From Octopus bimaculoides (lineage: Eukaryota): a stretch of 64,000 nt of DNA. Where the stretch lies: assembly GCF_001194135.2 (NCBI RefSeq), contig NC_068999.1, forward strand, positions 40,177,421 through 40,241,420, read 5' to 3'. Under the pieces are notes generated by a model. That model ran no database searches, was not told where the DNA came from, and worked only from the letters and a program-made list of their open reading frames with translations. Of this stretch, positions 43,241 through 56,848 are shown in pieces (positions within the stretch are counted from its first letter, which is position 1; every line of letters begins with the position of its first letter). Position numbers and translations under genes: made by a program.

Positions 43241-44430
43241 ATAAGTTTATGTTTGTTACCACCTTCTAATATAGATTAATTCTGTTTTTTTTATGTAAAT
43301 ACAAATAGAGGGTGAGGGTCGAGGATCAAGGATAGGCAGAAAGACAGAAAGTTTATAGAAAGAGATTACGACATTTGAAGCAAATCTTTTTTGACCTCTG
43401 CATTATTTTACATATTCGCACAGCCATGTTTTTTTATGCTCTTCGGTGTCCATATATTCATGCGTATATATGGATATTTCTTCTTGGTCTATATGTGGTA
43501 TGCTATGTATGTATATGTACTCATAATTTTTATAAAACAACGAAGAAGCAAGGTACGACTGTATGTTTTAACTTAATAACACTCAGTCATTCAGAACCAT
43601 CATTGCTTACTCACATATACCTGCACACATATACATGTATGCAACATGTATTTATGCATACGTATAGATATTCATACACACACATACGAATCCAAAGAAT
43701 GTATGTCTTTATGTCTGTGTGTGTGTGAGTGTGTGTATGTATGTGTGTATACACGCTAACACGTACCGACTTTTGTGTATCTTTTTCGAAGAATGTGCCT
43801 ATGCATAAATTCATATTCGCCCATCTAATACGTTTGTACATAAATCATTGTAACCTTAAATATAGAATGTCATAGTGAGACATAGGTCTGTGGAATTAAT
43901 TCGTTAAAATCACATTAAGCAGGCATGTGCAATAACAGCTGGGATATTTTAGAATCAGTGCGTATCACTCATTGACAAAGGCAACTTCTCTAATGTCGAA
44001 TATTGAAAACAATTTCTTGAAACAAATCTTCAATGTCTATCAAAGATCAATACCGCATATTAAATATTTGCATCGCTTCTGTATTTACAATTCTTGAATA
44101 TAGAGATTTTAGATCCGGTCGAGATGGTAATTTTAATCTGTTTATTAAGTGACACTTCAAGCGTATGCTGAACTCACTTCGTGATTTTAACGCAATAGTT
44201 TTTCCGTTGTTTGGACTACAGAATAATATACAGGTTTTTATTATAATGGAACTGTCTGCTTATTCCAAGTACAAAGACATTTTAATGTAATCCTTCATTC
44301 TCTGATATAACGTGCATTGACGTTGCATCAGAAATCTGGGATTTTGAGGATAAGTGCAAGGTCTGTAAGGTGTGGTACCGCAGTTGTGGGTCGACATAAG
44401 TACGGGGACGATACTTGAATAAAACGTCCT

Positions 44431-44600
44431 AGGCGCAAGCATGGCAGCATAGTTTAGAATCTCGCTTTGAAACCAGGTTGCTTCAGGTTCAGATCACTGT
44501 GTGGCAGCTTGGACATATGTTTTCTACTATACCAGCCCAGGGCCGACCAATGCTTTCAGAGTGAGTTTCGTGGATGGAAACTGTGTGGAAGCAAGTCTTT
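44431..44600 (+). mobile_element. SINE family B 5' half
   Basis: GGCGCAAGCATGGC..CAGGTTCAG..GTGGCAGCTTGGAC..GGGCCGACCAATGC..GGAAACTG. Confidence 0.8.
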
Positions 44601-44616
44601 TACGCGTGTATATATA

Positions 44617-44725
44617 CTCTTCAGGCCAAGGATATCTTGATTAGATTAAAGGTCACATTGTCACAAGGAGGTACATGTTAACGATGTAGCCTTTAATCTA
44701 GTCAAGATATACTTGGCCTGAAGAA
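44617..44725. repeat. Near-perfect inverted repeat (35-bp arms extendable to 43 bp); candidate TA-flanked MITE
   Basis: 44618-44652 versus 44690-44724: 33/35 Watson-Crick matches; TA at 44615-16 and 44726-27. Confidence 0.85.
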
Positions 44726-45129
44726 TAGACGGCGGTATACACCCCACTCGGGTTTCAACATTTCTGAGGTTCCACTCGCAAGGAAACATATGTAACCCGA
44801 ATTTGTCATACTCCATTCCGTAACACTTGTATTCTTTTTCGTACACTCGGCAGCCCTGGTACCCTACCGAGGAATATTCCGGCTGATGTTTCTTAGATAA
44901 AAGACAAAAAATCCGCAATATTCCATCTCAATAAACCACGATTGTTCTTGAAAGTTGTTTTTTATATTCCCTACTGATTCCATCGATCGCTGGAACTTAC
45001 ATATATATATGTATGTGTGTGTGTGTGTGTGACAGAGTGTATGTGTGTGTGAGTATATGTGTGTGCATGCGCGTAAGTGCGTCTGTGTGTGTGTATGCGT
45101 CTGCTCTCCACAATTTCGGATGAACTAAC

Positions 45130-45340
45130 CGCCCGACGTAATGTACAGTGAAGGGCAACGGAATTAAAGTCTCTCGTTCATCAAATATGCCAAGAGCTGG
45201 GACAAAGGTACATACAAGTGTGTTGAGGTAAAATACCCCAGCCTGAGGAAATAAGCAAGACTATGGTGGAGCTGCAGCATGACCACAGCTGCATGGCTGA
45301 AACTAATGAAAGAATAAAAGAATAAACGAATAAAAGAATA
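45130..45340 (+). mobile_element. SINE B-related 3' half with (AAAAGAAT)n-like tail
   Basis: GGTGGAGCTGCAGCATGACCACAGC..CTGAAAC..AAAGAATAAAAGAATAA. Confidence 0.6.
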
Positions 45341-45929
45341 TATATGCGTATGAACGTGTGTGCGTGCGAAGCTATGCGTATGAAAGCATCTGTATGAATA
45401 TGGATTCATACATACTTTCAAGCAGACATGAATGTACGAATTCAAACCTGTCTGTACATAAATATTAGCTCATTGACAGTAATACCAAGACTGCAACATA
45501 AAAGATATTCAACTGTCTTCAAATTGATTCTGTTTTTGAAAAGCCGACTACTTGACGTGTGATATAATTAAAACCTGCTGAATATATAATGAGTTCCTAC
45601 AGGGCTTTACAAGATAGGTATTCTTTTGAAGTATGGAGATGATTCTGTCCTTTCTTTTGAGGAAGCCAATTGATGTCGGGTGTAGAAGTTGAAGAATTTT
45701 CTTTTTTCGCATTTCTTATATATAGCCAGAAACCCATCCATAGACATATACACTCACACAAACCATATACGTAAATACACACACACACGCACGCACGCAC
45801 ACATACACACACACACACATACACACACATACACTCACACACATATATATAGTGAGAGAGCGAGAGGGAGAGAGAGTGATATGGAGAGAGAGAAAGCGAT
45901 AGGTAAATTGTCGTCATGTTATATTTTTT

Positions 45930-46355
45930 AATTTCGCACAGGCGCATAGCTGGTTTTCATTTTGCCGACTACACAGTGTAATAGGGCCAGTTGGGCACCG
46001 TATGTGAGAAAAACAGCACCATGACGCAATACATTCTGCCAGAGATTTGGAAACGATGGGCTGTATTCCATGGCATTCATGCCGGAAGCACCAATACGAA
46101 CATTTGAGTGTTTGATTGTCAATCTCAGGACAGTGAGCAAAATCAATCAGAGGAGAGTGCAATCTGAGGACAGTGAGCAAAATCTTGTGAACATCATGGT
46201 GTTTGGAGTGATCACTAGTAATGATGACGTTATGCCGCCGATCATCTTCCCACACGTCCTCACACTCAACTTGACGTACATCAAGTATTTGGAAGATGTA
46301 GTGTTGCTCTGGGTCAAGAGAGTGTCTGCTACAGCGCTCTATTCCTGGCAATAGT
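45930..46355 (+). mobile_element. Internally deleted Tc1/mariner-superfamily element (maT/DD37D-like)
   Basis: ATG at 46021 gives MTQYILPEIWKRWAVFHGIHAG../LIVNLRTVSKI (HTH start), fused to VNIMVFGVITSNDDVMPPIIFPH..YIKYLEDVVLLWVKRVSATALYSWQ*, which stops just before the expected QDxAP catalytic motif. Confidence 0.75.
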
Positions 46356-47365
46356 GACTAGTGGAATTAAAAAAGCAAAGAATAATGTTTTCTCTCTTCC
46401 CAGAACTGCCGTGGAGTTGTACGTGTTCTATCATCACTTAAGGCGTCTCTCAAACATAATTTGCAAAAATTTAATCTATTATTCTATAGGTGTGACAACA
46501 ATCTATTTCTGAAAGAGACAGACAGAGAGACAGAGAGACAGGAGAAACAAGTATTCTAGATCGTTCATAAATACTTGCATTAATTTTTTAAAATCTAAAT
46601 GTAATTATGTTTCCTGAGATGATGTATAGCTTGGTCTGCTATCAGTAAGGACTGTAAATAGTTTCAACTGGTTCTCACAGCACTTCTGCTGTTGGCTGCT
46701 CTTGAAAGTTTTTCACTAGTTTCCCACCCGCGTCGGTAATGAGTTTACATTATGGATTTCGATGTTCTCATCACAGCCCAAGTCTGAACATCATTCAACG
46801 AGTTTCTCCTTGATGGAGTACATCACTTTTACATTCTATTATTCTCTAAATATGATTGTATTTGCCATTAACCAGACAATCAAAGGACGTAACCGAACAA
46901 CTGCATTATCGTTCATCGTGTTCTTTCTCTAATAGATATTTCACGCCTCCCAACCAACGCATTAAATTGTTCTAAGAATGTTAGTTTAGTAGTCCTTACA
47001 CGTAAGACAACATGGGTTTGCAAATATTGGATTGCATATGGTTTTGGCAAATTGATTAATCGTAAAGAATTTATAGAAGGTAGCAATGGCGTTTGTTTAT
47101 TGTTAGAACTGGCAAACATGGAGGAATCTAATAATGTGATCGAAGGAAATAAATATAAATAAAAAGGAAATACAGTGTGAATATAATTTAATATGATATA
47201 ATACTATAAGGGTAATATATAACGGCGTAATAAAATACGTGCATGTGTATTTATACGTATGCATATAAGTGTACGCATTACATATGTGTGCGTTCGTGTG
47301 TGTGTGTGTGTGTATACATATACATGTATGTGTAAATGCATTATATATATATATATATAGGTGTA

Positions 47366-47438
<73 letters not shown>

Positions 47439-49310
47439 ACGTACACAAGTATAACAGCTTATACATGCACACATATATGTGTGCGTGTGTGTGGGTGTGC
47501 ATGTGTGTATGCGTCTGTGTCTCTGTGTGCGTGTGTTTGTGCTTCCTATATCTCAGTGTCGTTTTATTTGTAATATTCACAAAAACAAATTGAAAATGAA
47601 AACGCCTTGCTGAAATCATATCGAATCTTGTTAATAACGGTAACTTTCAAAGTTTATAGAGTTACAGTGTGTATTTTAAATAAATGTATTTTCTATGGAA
47701 AATATTGTAATGCAGATCTTCGTCGTATGCAATATAATGCTAAAGTTGGAAATATATTCGATAAACGTGAGTCAAAATTCAGACAGGCAAAGAGGAAAAG
47801 GTACAACGCTCTGATGCTGTTTCGTCAAATGCTAGCCTTCGTCAACTGCACATATATTCAATTAATTTCTACCAAGACAAGCAATTCGTTTTACGTGTGC
47901 GTCAGACTAGTTTTATCTTATAGGTCTTGTTAATATCTGAGACAGCAGATAGGTAATTTCAGAGAACCTTCTACCAATTTTACGGTACCGAATCAAAGCT
48001 CGTAATGTTCACTTTAAGTATAAGAATATTGTACAATTTTCATGTTTATTTTTTGAACAGAAATCTATTCCACATAAGGCGATGTAAATTACCAAAGTGC
48101 CTATTGCACCATTCTAGCTAGGAACAGTATAGTATATGAAGTTTGGGACTTCATTTGCATCTGTTATGTAGTACTTTGTATTCGATCTAGATGTATATCT
48201 TTCGAAGTGAAGTTTTTATGCAGCTTTTATATAGCAATCACACACGATTCTATAGAAGTTAATTGTATTTTAAATTGTATATGGCGGTTTTGCAATCCCG
48301 TGATTTCACAATTCCTTTAAAATGGATCACTTTTAAGGTAACGATGCACCAATATTCGCTCGCCTTTTCTGCTAGAAACAGTAGCCATATGCGATCTATT
48401 ATCTTTAAGCAATAAAACAAACCTCCGAACCCATTTCAATGTCAGAATAAAAAAGATGCGCTGCTAATATTTGTTAGACTTTTCATCAGACTTTTTTCTT
48501 ATGAACACAAAGTCAAAATTTAGATTACTAGAAAAAAATTGTGGGTTAAAAAGATGTCTAATAAAAAAGAATTGTATCTTTTTAGTTTGTGGGAGGTATA
48601 AGCAAGTAGATAAGTATTTATACATATATGTATATGAGTGTGTGTATGTGTGTGTTTGTGTATGTATACGTACATAACTGCAAACACATATGAACACAGA
48701 AATATGTGCGGCTATGAGTCCTTATGTGTGTATATGTATATATATCTCAATGCGAATGAGTATCTTTTCACAAATATATTTAATAGATGTGTGATTCTAA
48801 TGTTAACGATCAATATAATTTTCGGTAGTGAACAAAGAATTTCTGTGAAAAGAATTACATAGGAATCAATAAATGATTGATAATCGATTAGGAAATGAGG
48901 TCTGTAATTTCATAAATGTATTGACGAGATACGAAAATGTATTATAAACACTATTTATTTTTATCACATCATTTTACATTTTAATATTCTTCGTTTTCTT
49001 TATTGATTATTTTTTGTTTTATTAAAACATTTTTGTCTTATACTCTTTGTTATCTCTTGTCCTTTTTTTTTTAAATAGCTCTTTGGATATCGTTAACGAT
49101 ATTGTATTTACGGAATAAAAGAATATGCAATATCGAGGAATATTAGAAGGAGAGCAACGATGGGTGAAGCATATAAAATATAAACAAAGATAATGATGGA
49201 TATTTGAATGATTTAAAAACACATAGTGAAGACATGATTGTTTGTAATAGAGAAGGTGAACGACCGTGAAAATATGTACAAAATAAAATTAATAAAAAGG
49301 ATGTTAAAAC

Positions 49311-49347
<37 letters not shown>

Positions 49348-49554
49348 TTTATAACACTTGCTTTATGATTGCCAACAATGCCAAATCATTCATTCAAGGA
49401 AGCTTCTTAGAGGAATGGTTTACATAATGTGTAAGGATATGCAAATATTTCGAAGAACAAAAACTTAGAATGGGCGAAGGAATTCTATATTAAAAGGCAG
49501 TTTCAAATATATAAATCTGTCTATCTCTTTCTCTTCCTCTCCACACATATGTAT

Positions 49555-49627
<73 letters not shown>

Positions 49628-49729
49628 NNNNNNNNNNNNNNNNNNNNNNNNNNNNNNNNNNNNNNNNNNNNNNNNNNNNNNNNNNNNNNNNNNNNNNNNN
49701 NNNNNNNNCATACATGGTGTCATATATAT

Positions 49730-49762
<33 letters not shown>

Positions 49763-50090
49763 TACATGCTGTCATATATATAAATGCATAGACAGGTGAC
49801 ATAACATACTGAATGTAAAAACGAACAGTTATCGACCAATTGGTATATTCCGTTTCGCACCTTGAACGATTAGACTGAGTCCTTTCTAATTGGCGGTGCC
49901 CGCAAAAACATTTTTTGGCAGACAATTAGGGACGAGAGCAAACAAAGCAAAACGACACAGGGTGATTTAGGACAGTGGAGAAGGACGAACAGTCGAACAA
50001 AATACGGCTTTGGTGTCAAGGAGACGAGAATAGTGTGTAACGCTTAGACAATGTATTGAATATTGGCGAACGGACACACATACATACATG

Positions 50091-50155
<65 letters not shown>

Positions 50156-52348
50156 TCTCTCACACACATACACACAGATGCAAAGATAGTTAAACACTCA
50201 CACAGCATCACAGCCCCGCTGGTTCAGAAATTTCCATTTTTGTTCAACCACATTCTACTGACTATACTAGAAAATTATGATATCCAGTTGCGTTGCTCAG
50301 CACTTTTAAAATCTTCTCAGACAAGGGCTGTAGTTTGTCCATAAACTAATCCTTAACATTATTCTCTCACTGACAAAATCCATGCAGAACGCTTAAATCT
50401 TCACCGTGTATTTCTCTGAAGCCCGTTTTTATATATACGCTCGGAAACTGACTCTATTCCACATTTGCTTAGGTCATGAATATAATTCCTATGTAACAGC
50501 CGTGATTCCACATTACTACAAGATTATCTCCAGCCTCCCCATCCGTAGTCATGAGAAAAATAAATATTTGTAAAAATTTGGACTCAAAATCAAAACCATT
50601 TTATGCGAAGAACAGAAATGGAACTCACTGCAAAGACGTCAAAACGATTCAAATAATTCAAAGTATTCTACAGAAATAAGACACTAAATGTGAAAATAAA
50701 CTGACGCAGATCTTGAGAAGTAGTGGCTGAATATTTCATCAATAAACTTGTGAAGTCGCTGGAAAATGTGTAGAACACTTATATATCAGGAAATTACAAA
50801 TGCTAAATTCCGGGTGAAATACTTAACAAGCGGGAAGCCAGTATTAGTGAAAATGTTTAACATAAAGCAAACATCACAAAGACTATTCAACGGGAGGGAA
50901 AAAAATGTAAAAACTAAATCCCAATCCAGCGAAATTAAAAAGCATCTCTCGGATACATAACCTAGTTTCCTACAGCAATAATATAGCAATAGATTAATAA
51001 ATGCCTGGAAAAAGTAATTTCCAAGGAGAAGAATAGGAACGATATTAAAAAAGCCCCATATCACAAGAAAGGTCAAATATAGTTATCGAACACCGATCAC
51101 AGAAGAAGATAGGTCGAGCAAAGTCATGCATTGCTTACGAAAAAGACTTTTGAAATGGTCACTGCACGTGAATCCTGGTAATATTAGCTATAATGATGTG
51201 GTAGCATCAATAGTCATGTGATACATGAAATACGTGATGAAGGAAACAGCTAACAATTCTGCAAAAACAGACAACAGAAAGAAATATGTAAGGGGATTCA
51301 CTCTCTTTACATTTTTAGACATATACACACACTTATGTACATATGTATGCGTATACATACTGGCGGGTTAGATATTATAGACAATGGTAGGCTTTCAAAG
51401 CGACCGTGGGTCATATTTGGAATGATTTTCAAAATACATTCTGTTATCGATCACCAGTGACCTTGGAATATATGACAACATCAACATGAAAAACTACATG
51501 CAGAATTTACATGGCGCAGTCAATTAATTTCAGTTTTATTTTTAATCGTTTTTGTTTTTTTGTTCTTTGTCTGTATCTTACAAAAGCCTTACATACACAA
51601 AACTCTTTTGTCAGAATATTGATATAAACCTGCTTAAAATAGGAGCAAGCATTTCTTTCCAGCTATTTCCGGAGTCTGTTCATATATGAGGCGTTATATT
51701 GGATTTCATTGCACGTTAAATTTTAACAAAAATGATATTATTTTCGGGTAGTATGGAAATTACTCTGCATTTAGCTTTTTTGTTTTGATTTCAACCAATC
51801 CAAACACAAAATTTAGTATTATTTTAGCAAAGTTAATATACCATTTTACTTCTTTATTTTTTTTTTGTTTTGCTTTTTGTTTTGTTTTGTTTTTCAGTTG
51901 ATTTACTAAAAATTTCCGTGTTAATTTAAACTATTAAAATGATGGATTTTGTTTCGTGCCCGCATTGATATTCGGACGGCTGTTGTTGTTAGATATTGAT
52001 ATGTTTATTTAGAAGTTAAAAAAGTTGATAGCGAATATGCATAGACATACATATATGCAAACACAGGCATACGCACGTATATATATATTTATACATATAT
52101 ACTCAGATCTATCCATATATATATATATAGCAGCAAAAATATAAAGAAACGAAAATTTATATAGATATCATTATTGTTATTATTATCGAAGGCAATACAA
52201 ATAGTTTATAATACCAATATCAATATAGGTGGTTACGGGCCTAAATCAGCATTTTAAGCTGTAGAATTAAAATTACATTCATCAAAGGACACATTAAAGT
52301 GTGTTTATGTGTGTGTGTGTGTCAATATATATATATATATATATATAT

Positions 52349-52495
52349 GCGCAGGAGTGGCTGGGTGGTAGGTAAGTAGCTTGCTTACCAGCCACTGTAC
52401 GTGGGTGTGTGTGTGTGTGTGTGTGTGCGTGCCTGTTTGTCCCCCAGCATTGCTTCAGAACCAATGCTGGTGTGGTTGCGTCTTCGTAACATAGC
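52349..52495 (+). mobile_element. CORE-less deletion derivative of SINE B (head, TG repeat, partial tail)
   Basis: GCGCAGGAGTGGCTGGGTGGTAGGTAAGTAGCTTGCTTACCAGCCAC joined to (TG)n and GCCTGTTTGTCCCCCAGCATTGCTT. Confidence 0.85.
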
Positions 52496-52776
52496 GTTTC
52501 TGCGTGCCAATGTTTCCGCCAGCTTGCCACGTAATATTGTCAGTATTAATCCCAGGTTCTGTATGTAGTATCAGTGGCAGCAACTAATGGTTGTAAAACA
52601 GCTTTCATTGTAGCAGAACGGTCTCTGCCGTATTCGTTATACCGTTGGTCAGTATTTTGAATGTGGTTGCTGATGTCGTTGGAGAGAGAGGGGTGGTCGT
52701 ATTGGCGGCAGTGGTATTGACGTTTCATGTTGTTGCGGGGACGATTAGAATAGTAGTATTTATTTTTAATCCGTAG

Positions 52777-52906
52777 GAATTTGCGCATAAGAAGTTCATT
52801 AATATGGCAGAAAGGGTGCTGATCATGTCGTGTAAGCGTGGCATTTGCTTTAAAATGTTTTGTAGTTATTTTCTCACAAGCCAGAACGAATTGTGTAAAC
52901 TGAACG
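52777..52906 (+). other. Candidate 130-nt exon of an unidentified gene
   Basis: Acceptor tttatttttaatccgtag, donor ACG|gtaagt, open frame EFAHKKFINMAERVLIMSCKRGICFKMFCSYFLTSQNELCKLN; no recognised homology. Confidence 0.2.
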
Positions 52907-53044
52907 GTAAGTCAAATAATCCGCTGTATATCTATTAATCATAGGGAGATAATGAGAGAAAATAGATTTGATTGCTCCTGCGTGCATGTATTTAATCTTC
53001 GAATTCTTGTTGGAATCATTATTGGTATTTATGAGACGGCAAGC

Positions 53045-53150
53045 CGGTAGAATCGATAAAGTAAGTACTAATTGTGCACTAGGGTTGATGTAATCGACAT
53101 AACACCTTCCCACAATTGCTGGCCTTGTGCCAACATTTGAAACTGATATT
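53045..53150 (+). mobile_element. SINE family A 3' half
   Basis: ATCGATAAAGTAAGTAC..GGGTTGATGTAATCGAC..ATTGCTGGCCTTGTGCC. Confidence 0.8.
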
Positions 53151-53605
53151 TCTTGCAGACTCTGACAGTTTTCGATCCTCGCTTAGCGTGATGTCTTTGA
53201 TCATTATATGTTTCAAATCTCCTTTTGTAATCCCCATCTTATCCGTACCATCTAATTAGTATTAAGATTCATAATCTTCCCGAGATACGTACTTAGTAGT
53301 GATTTTAACAACAGTATAGTAATCTTACATTGTGCTATGCTTTTGCGAGTGTATACTTTAATATTGAAATGTATCAAAAAATGATATATTGTATACATTT
53401 CAATTTCTGATAACTTACTTCTCATTAATTTCTTGATTTAATCGCGTTATTTAATATTTTTGTGTCTAAGCTTATATTCTTCAAATAGAATATCATGTTT
53501 CGTATCACCTACATAATCATAGGATGATCTAAGATCATTAAACACAGTTCTGTGTACCATGTTTTCAATTTAGCTTCTATTTACCGTTGTTTGATTTAGA
53601 CGATA

Positions 53606-53648
53606 GCAGGAGTGGCTGTGTGGTAAGTAAGTAGCTTGCTTTCCAACC

Positions 53649-53709
<61 letters not shown>

Positions 53710-53718
53710 CTGTTTGTT
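53606..53718 (+). mobile_element. Mini-SINE (SINE B head plus (TG)n) with 9-bp TSD TTAGACGAT
   Basis: Same head-to-TG junction as 52349; TTAGACGAT at 53596-53604 and 53723-53731. Confidence 0.8.
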
Positions 53719-55530
53719 TAAATTAGACGATTAACACAGTGTATGATAATAGTACTATGTTTGTATACAGTTNNNNNNNNNNNNNNNNNNNNNNNNNNNN
53801 NNNNNNNNNNNNNNNNNNNNNNNNNNNNNNNNNNNNNNNNNNNNNNNNNNNNNNNNNNNNNNNNNNNNNNNNNNNNNNNNNNNNNNNNNNNNNNNNNNNN
53901 NNNNNNNNNNNNNNNNNNNNNNNNNNNNNNNNNNNNNNNNNNNNNNNNNNNNNNNNNNNNNNNNNNNNNNNNNNNNNNNNNNNNNNNNNNNNNNNNNNNN
54001 NNNNNNNNNNNNNNNNNNNNNNNNNNNNNNNNNNNNNNNNNNNNNNNNNNNNNNNNNNNNNNNNNNNNNNNNNNNNNNNNNNNNNNNNNNNNNNNNNNNN
54101 NNNNNNNNNNNNNNNNNNNNNNNNNNNNNNNNNNNNNNNNNNNNNNNNNNNNNNNNNNNNNNNNNNNNNNNNNNNNNNNNNNNNNNNNNNNNNNNNNNNN
54201 NNNNNNNNNNNNNNNNNNNNNNNNNNNNNNNNNNNNNNNNNNNNNNNNNNNNNNNNNNNNNNNNNNNNNNNNNNNNNNNNNNNNNNNNNNNNNNNNNNNN
54301 NNNNNNNNNNNNNNNNNNNNNNNNNNNNNNNNNNNNNNNNNNNNNNNNNNNNNNNNNNNNNNNNNNNNNNNNNNNNNNNNNNNNNNNNNNNNNNNNNNNN
54401 NNNNNNNNNNNNNNNNNNNNNNNNNNNNNNNNNNNNNNNNNNNNNNNNNNNNNNNNNNNNNNNNNNNNNNNNNNNNNNNNNNNNNNNNNNNNNNNNNNNN
54501 NNNNNTATATATATATGTATATATATATATCGAGAGAGAGAGAGAGATACATATAAATATATACATATATGTGCATACATATCTACGTATATACATAAGT
54601 ATATATACAAGCGTGTATATATTCATACACACATAAATAAACACACTGAAACACATACACACAGACAATCTTATGTACATAGAAATAGAGGACGAGGAAG
54701 TGATAAAGCATGAGAGACCGCAGATTTTTAAACGTTGCGTAGACATTTAATTAAGCGAATGAATTTAATGAAATCGTAACGAATTCAATTGTTTATGAGT
54801 GCAATCTTTATAACTTGATTTCAAATTTTACTGACACAGTCATCAACGGTCTCCGTCATATCCAAACTCCTGGTGATATAAGTGCCAGACAAGCGTTGGC
54901 AATAATTTCTTTCTGTAGGACGCTATGCTCTTAGACACATTCTCAAATTACTCTGGCAGCGCAATTCACCCAGTTATTTGTGATTTACCGTAAGGATCTT
55001 CGGAATGAGATAATCGTAAATCAAATTTTACACTCTAACAGGAACGTCATATATGGGGTACAATGACAATGAGTTATATGTGCTTTCAAACTCATTACAT
55101 CGAGAATTCCACGTGTGTACATTTGGTTAAAAGAGAAAAAAGAAAAGCGAAATGTGAACAAAGCAAGAAATGCGAATAAGCAGGACGCTTTGGTCATATT
55201 TTATTTCATAGATATATTTTCTTGTAAATGATCCCCTAAAATTTGAAATAACATAATCGAAATCCAAACAAATAGAGAATTCTAACTTTCAATAAATCTG
55301 TCGATGACTTCCCCTACATTCACATGTTTTAAGTGTCCATTCTAATCCTCATATCGTTAAAAATATCGTTTTTATACTGTAAAAGTAACCAATATGACCA
55401 TAACAATCGAAACAACACTTCCCCCTTTACTAAGGCGGAGGTACTTTATGGTAGCCAAACTAGAAAATACTATATTATAGAATTCTCAAATAAATATGAA
55501 TAGTTATATAGTAATATTTTAATTTCATTT

Positions 55531-55620
55531 AAGATGGCAAGCTAGCAGAATCGTTAATACGTCATGCAATATGTTCGCGGCATTTTATCTGTCTTTATGT
55601 TCTGAGTTCAAATTCTGCTA
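55531..55620 (+). mobile_element. SINE family A head
   Basis: GGCAAGCTAGCAGAATCGTTA..GTTCTGAGTTCAAATTCTGC. Confidence 0.85.
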
Positions 55621-56789
55621 AAAGGAGTGCAGAGCATTACTTTTGGCACCAGCTTGGTTGCGGGAGCTGCCGGAAGAGTGTCAAGTCGAACACTAAACCG
55701 CCTACGGGGCTGCACCTTGGATTTCTTTGAAGGTTGTCTCCTTTGCGTAACCCTGGATAAGGGTCCATAGCGGGTACTGTCAGCCGGAGCCAGCTGAGCC
55801 CGGCATTTGTGTCAGGCAGAGTCGTCACTCCCTGAAGTATTGAAGAAAATCGTTACCCACTATCTATATTTGTAAAAAGTATTCCTATTTAACAAAAGAT
55901 TTTACGTGTCAATAATTAAATCAGCACCATTGATTTTCTTTTTCATTATCCATTAACAGAAATAGTACAGAATATTTGAGATGTATTATTTTCCAAAATG
56001 ATGCAAAATATCTGCTAAAAAATATAAAAATTAATTATGTAAATCTGCATATATTATTAACTTGTTATTCCGGTATATTAATGTCTTTAATGTTTCGTTA
56101 ACATTTACAAGTAACATGACAAACTTCATTCGTAATAATTTATTAAAGTTAATTACGTTACTACAAGTCATATTTATCTATGTGTCTTCAGGTCTTTCAA
56201 TTTACCAACAATACATCACCACTCGAATCATTTAGGTTTAAATGTAAACTTGAGCATTATTCATTTATGAAATACGCCAAAATTATTTCAAATATATCTC
56301 GTTATTTCTAGTTAGCTTTTCTGTAGATATTTTCATATTTTATGCTTCATAAACCTAAAAACAATTATCATCTATACTTACCCAATAGTTCTATTGTATA
56401 TACGGTTTCTCTTATTACTTATTTGTAATTATCACTCATATTTCTGAATACAATTCCATCACATTCTGCATTGTCAACATTATTTTCTATACAAACAAAA
56501 TATTTCATTGCGTTAATATTGTGCACGATTCAGTGAGAAACTATTATATGAAAATACATTCCTGATGTTGTACACTTTCATTTAGCTATTGTTCTTTTGC
56601 TTAATACATATATCCATGCATACAAGGATACATAAATATATGTGTATATGTATACATAATTTGGAAGAGATTAATTCTTCTTGTGAACCCGCAAAAGGTT
56701 AACAAGCATGGAGTCGTGTCAAAGTATTCTTAAATAATATATTTTTAGTCTTTACTCATTCACTCGTTTCAACTGTTGCAACTGCTATA

Positions 56790-56848
<59 letters not shown>

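Noticed and set aside
44718-44760. CTGAAGA after the hairpin as a hammerhead core
   Set aside because: No downstream stem II plus GAAA.
45914-46351. 145-aa minus-strand ORF
   Set aside because: It is the antisense shadow of the plus-strand transposase remnant.
50760-51180. Faint RT-like peptides (KKIGRAKS)
   Set aside because: Too short and too degenerate to call a LINE fragment.
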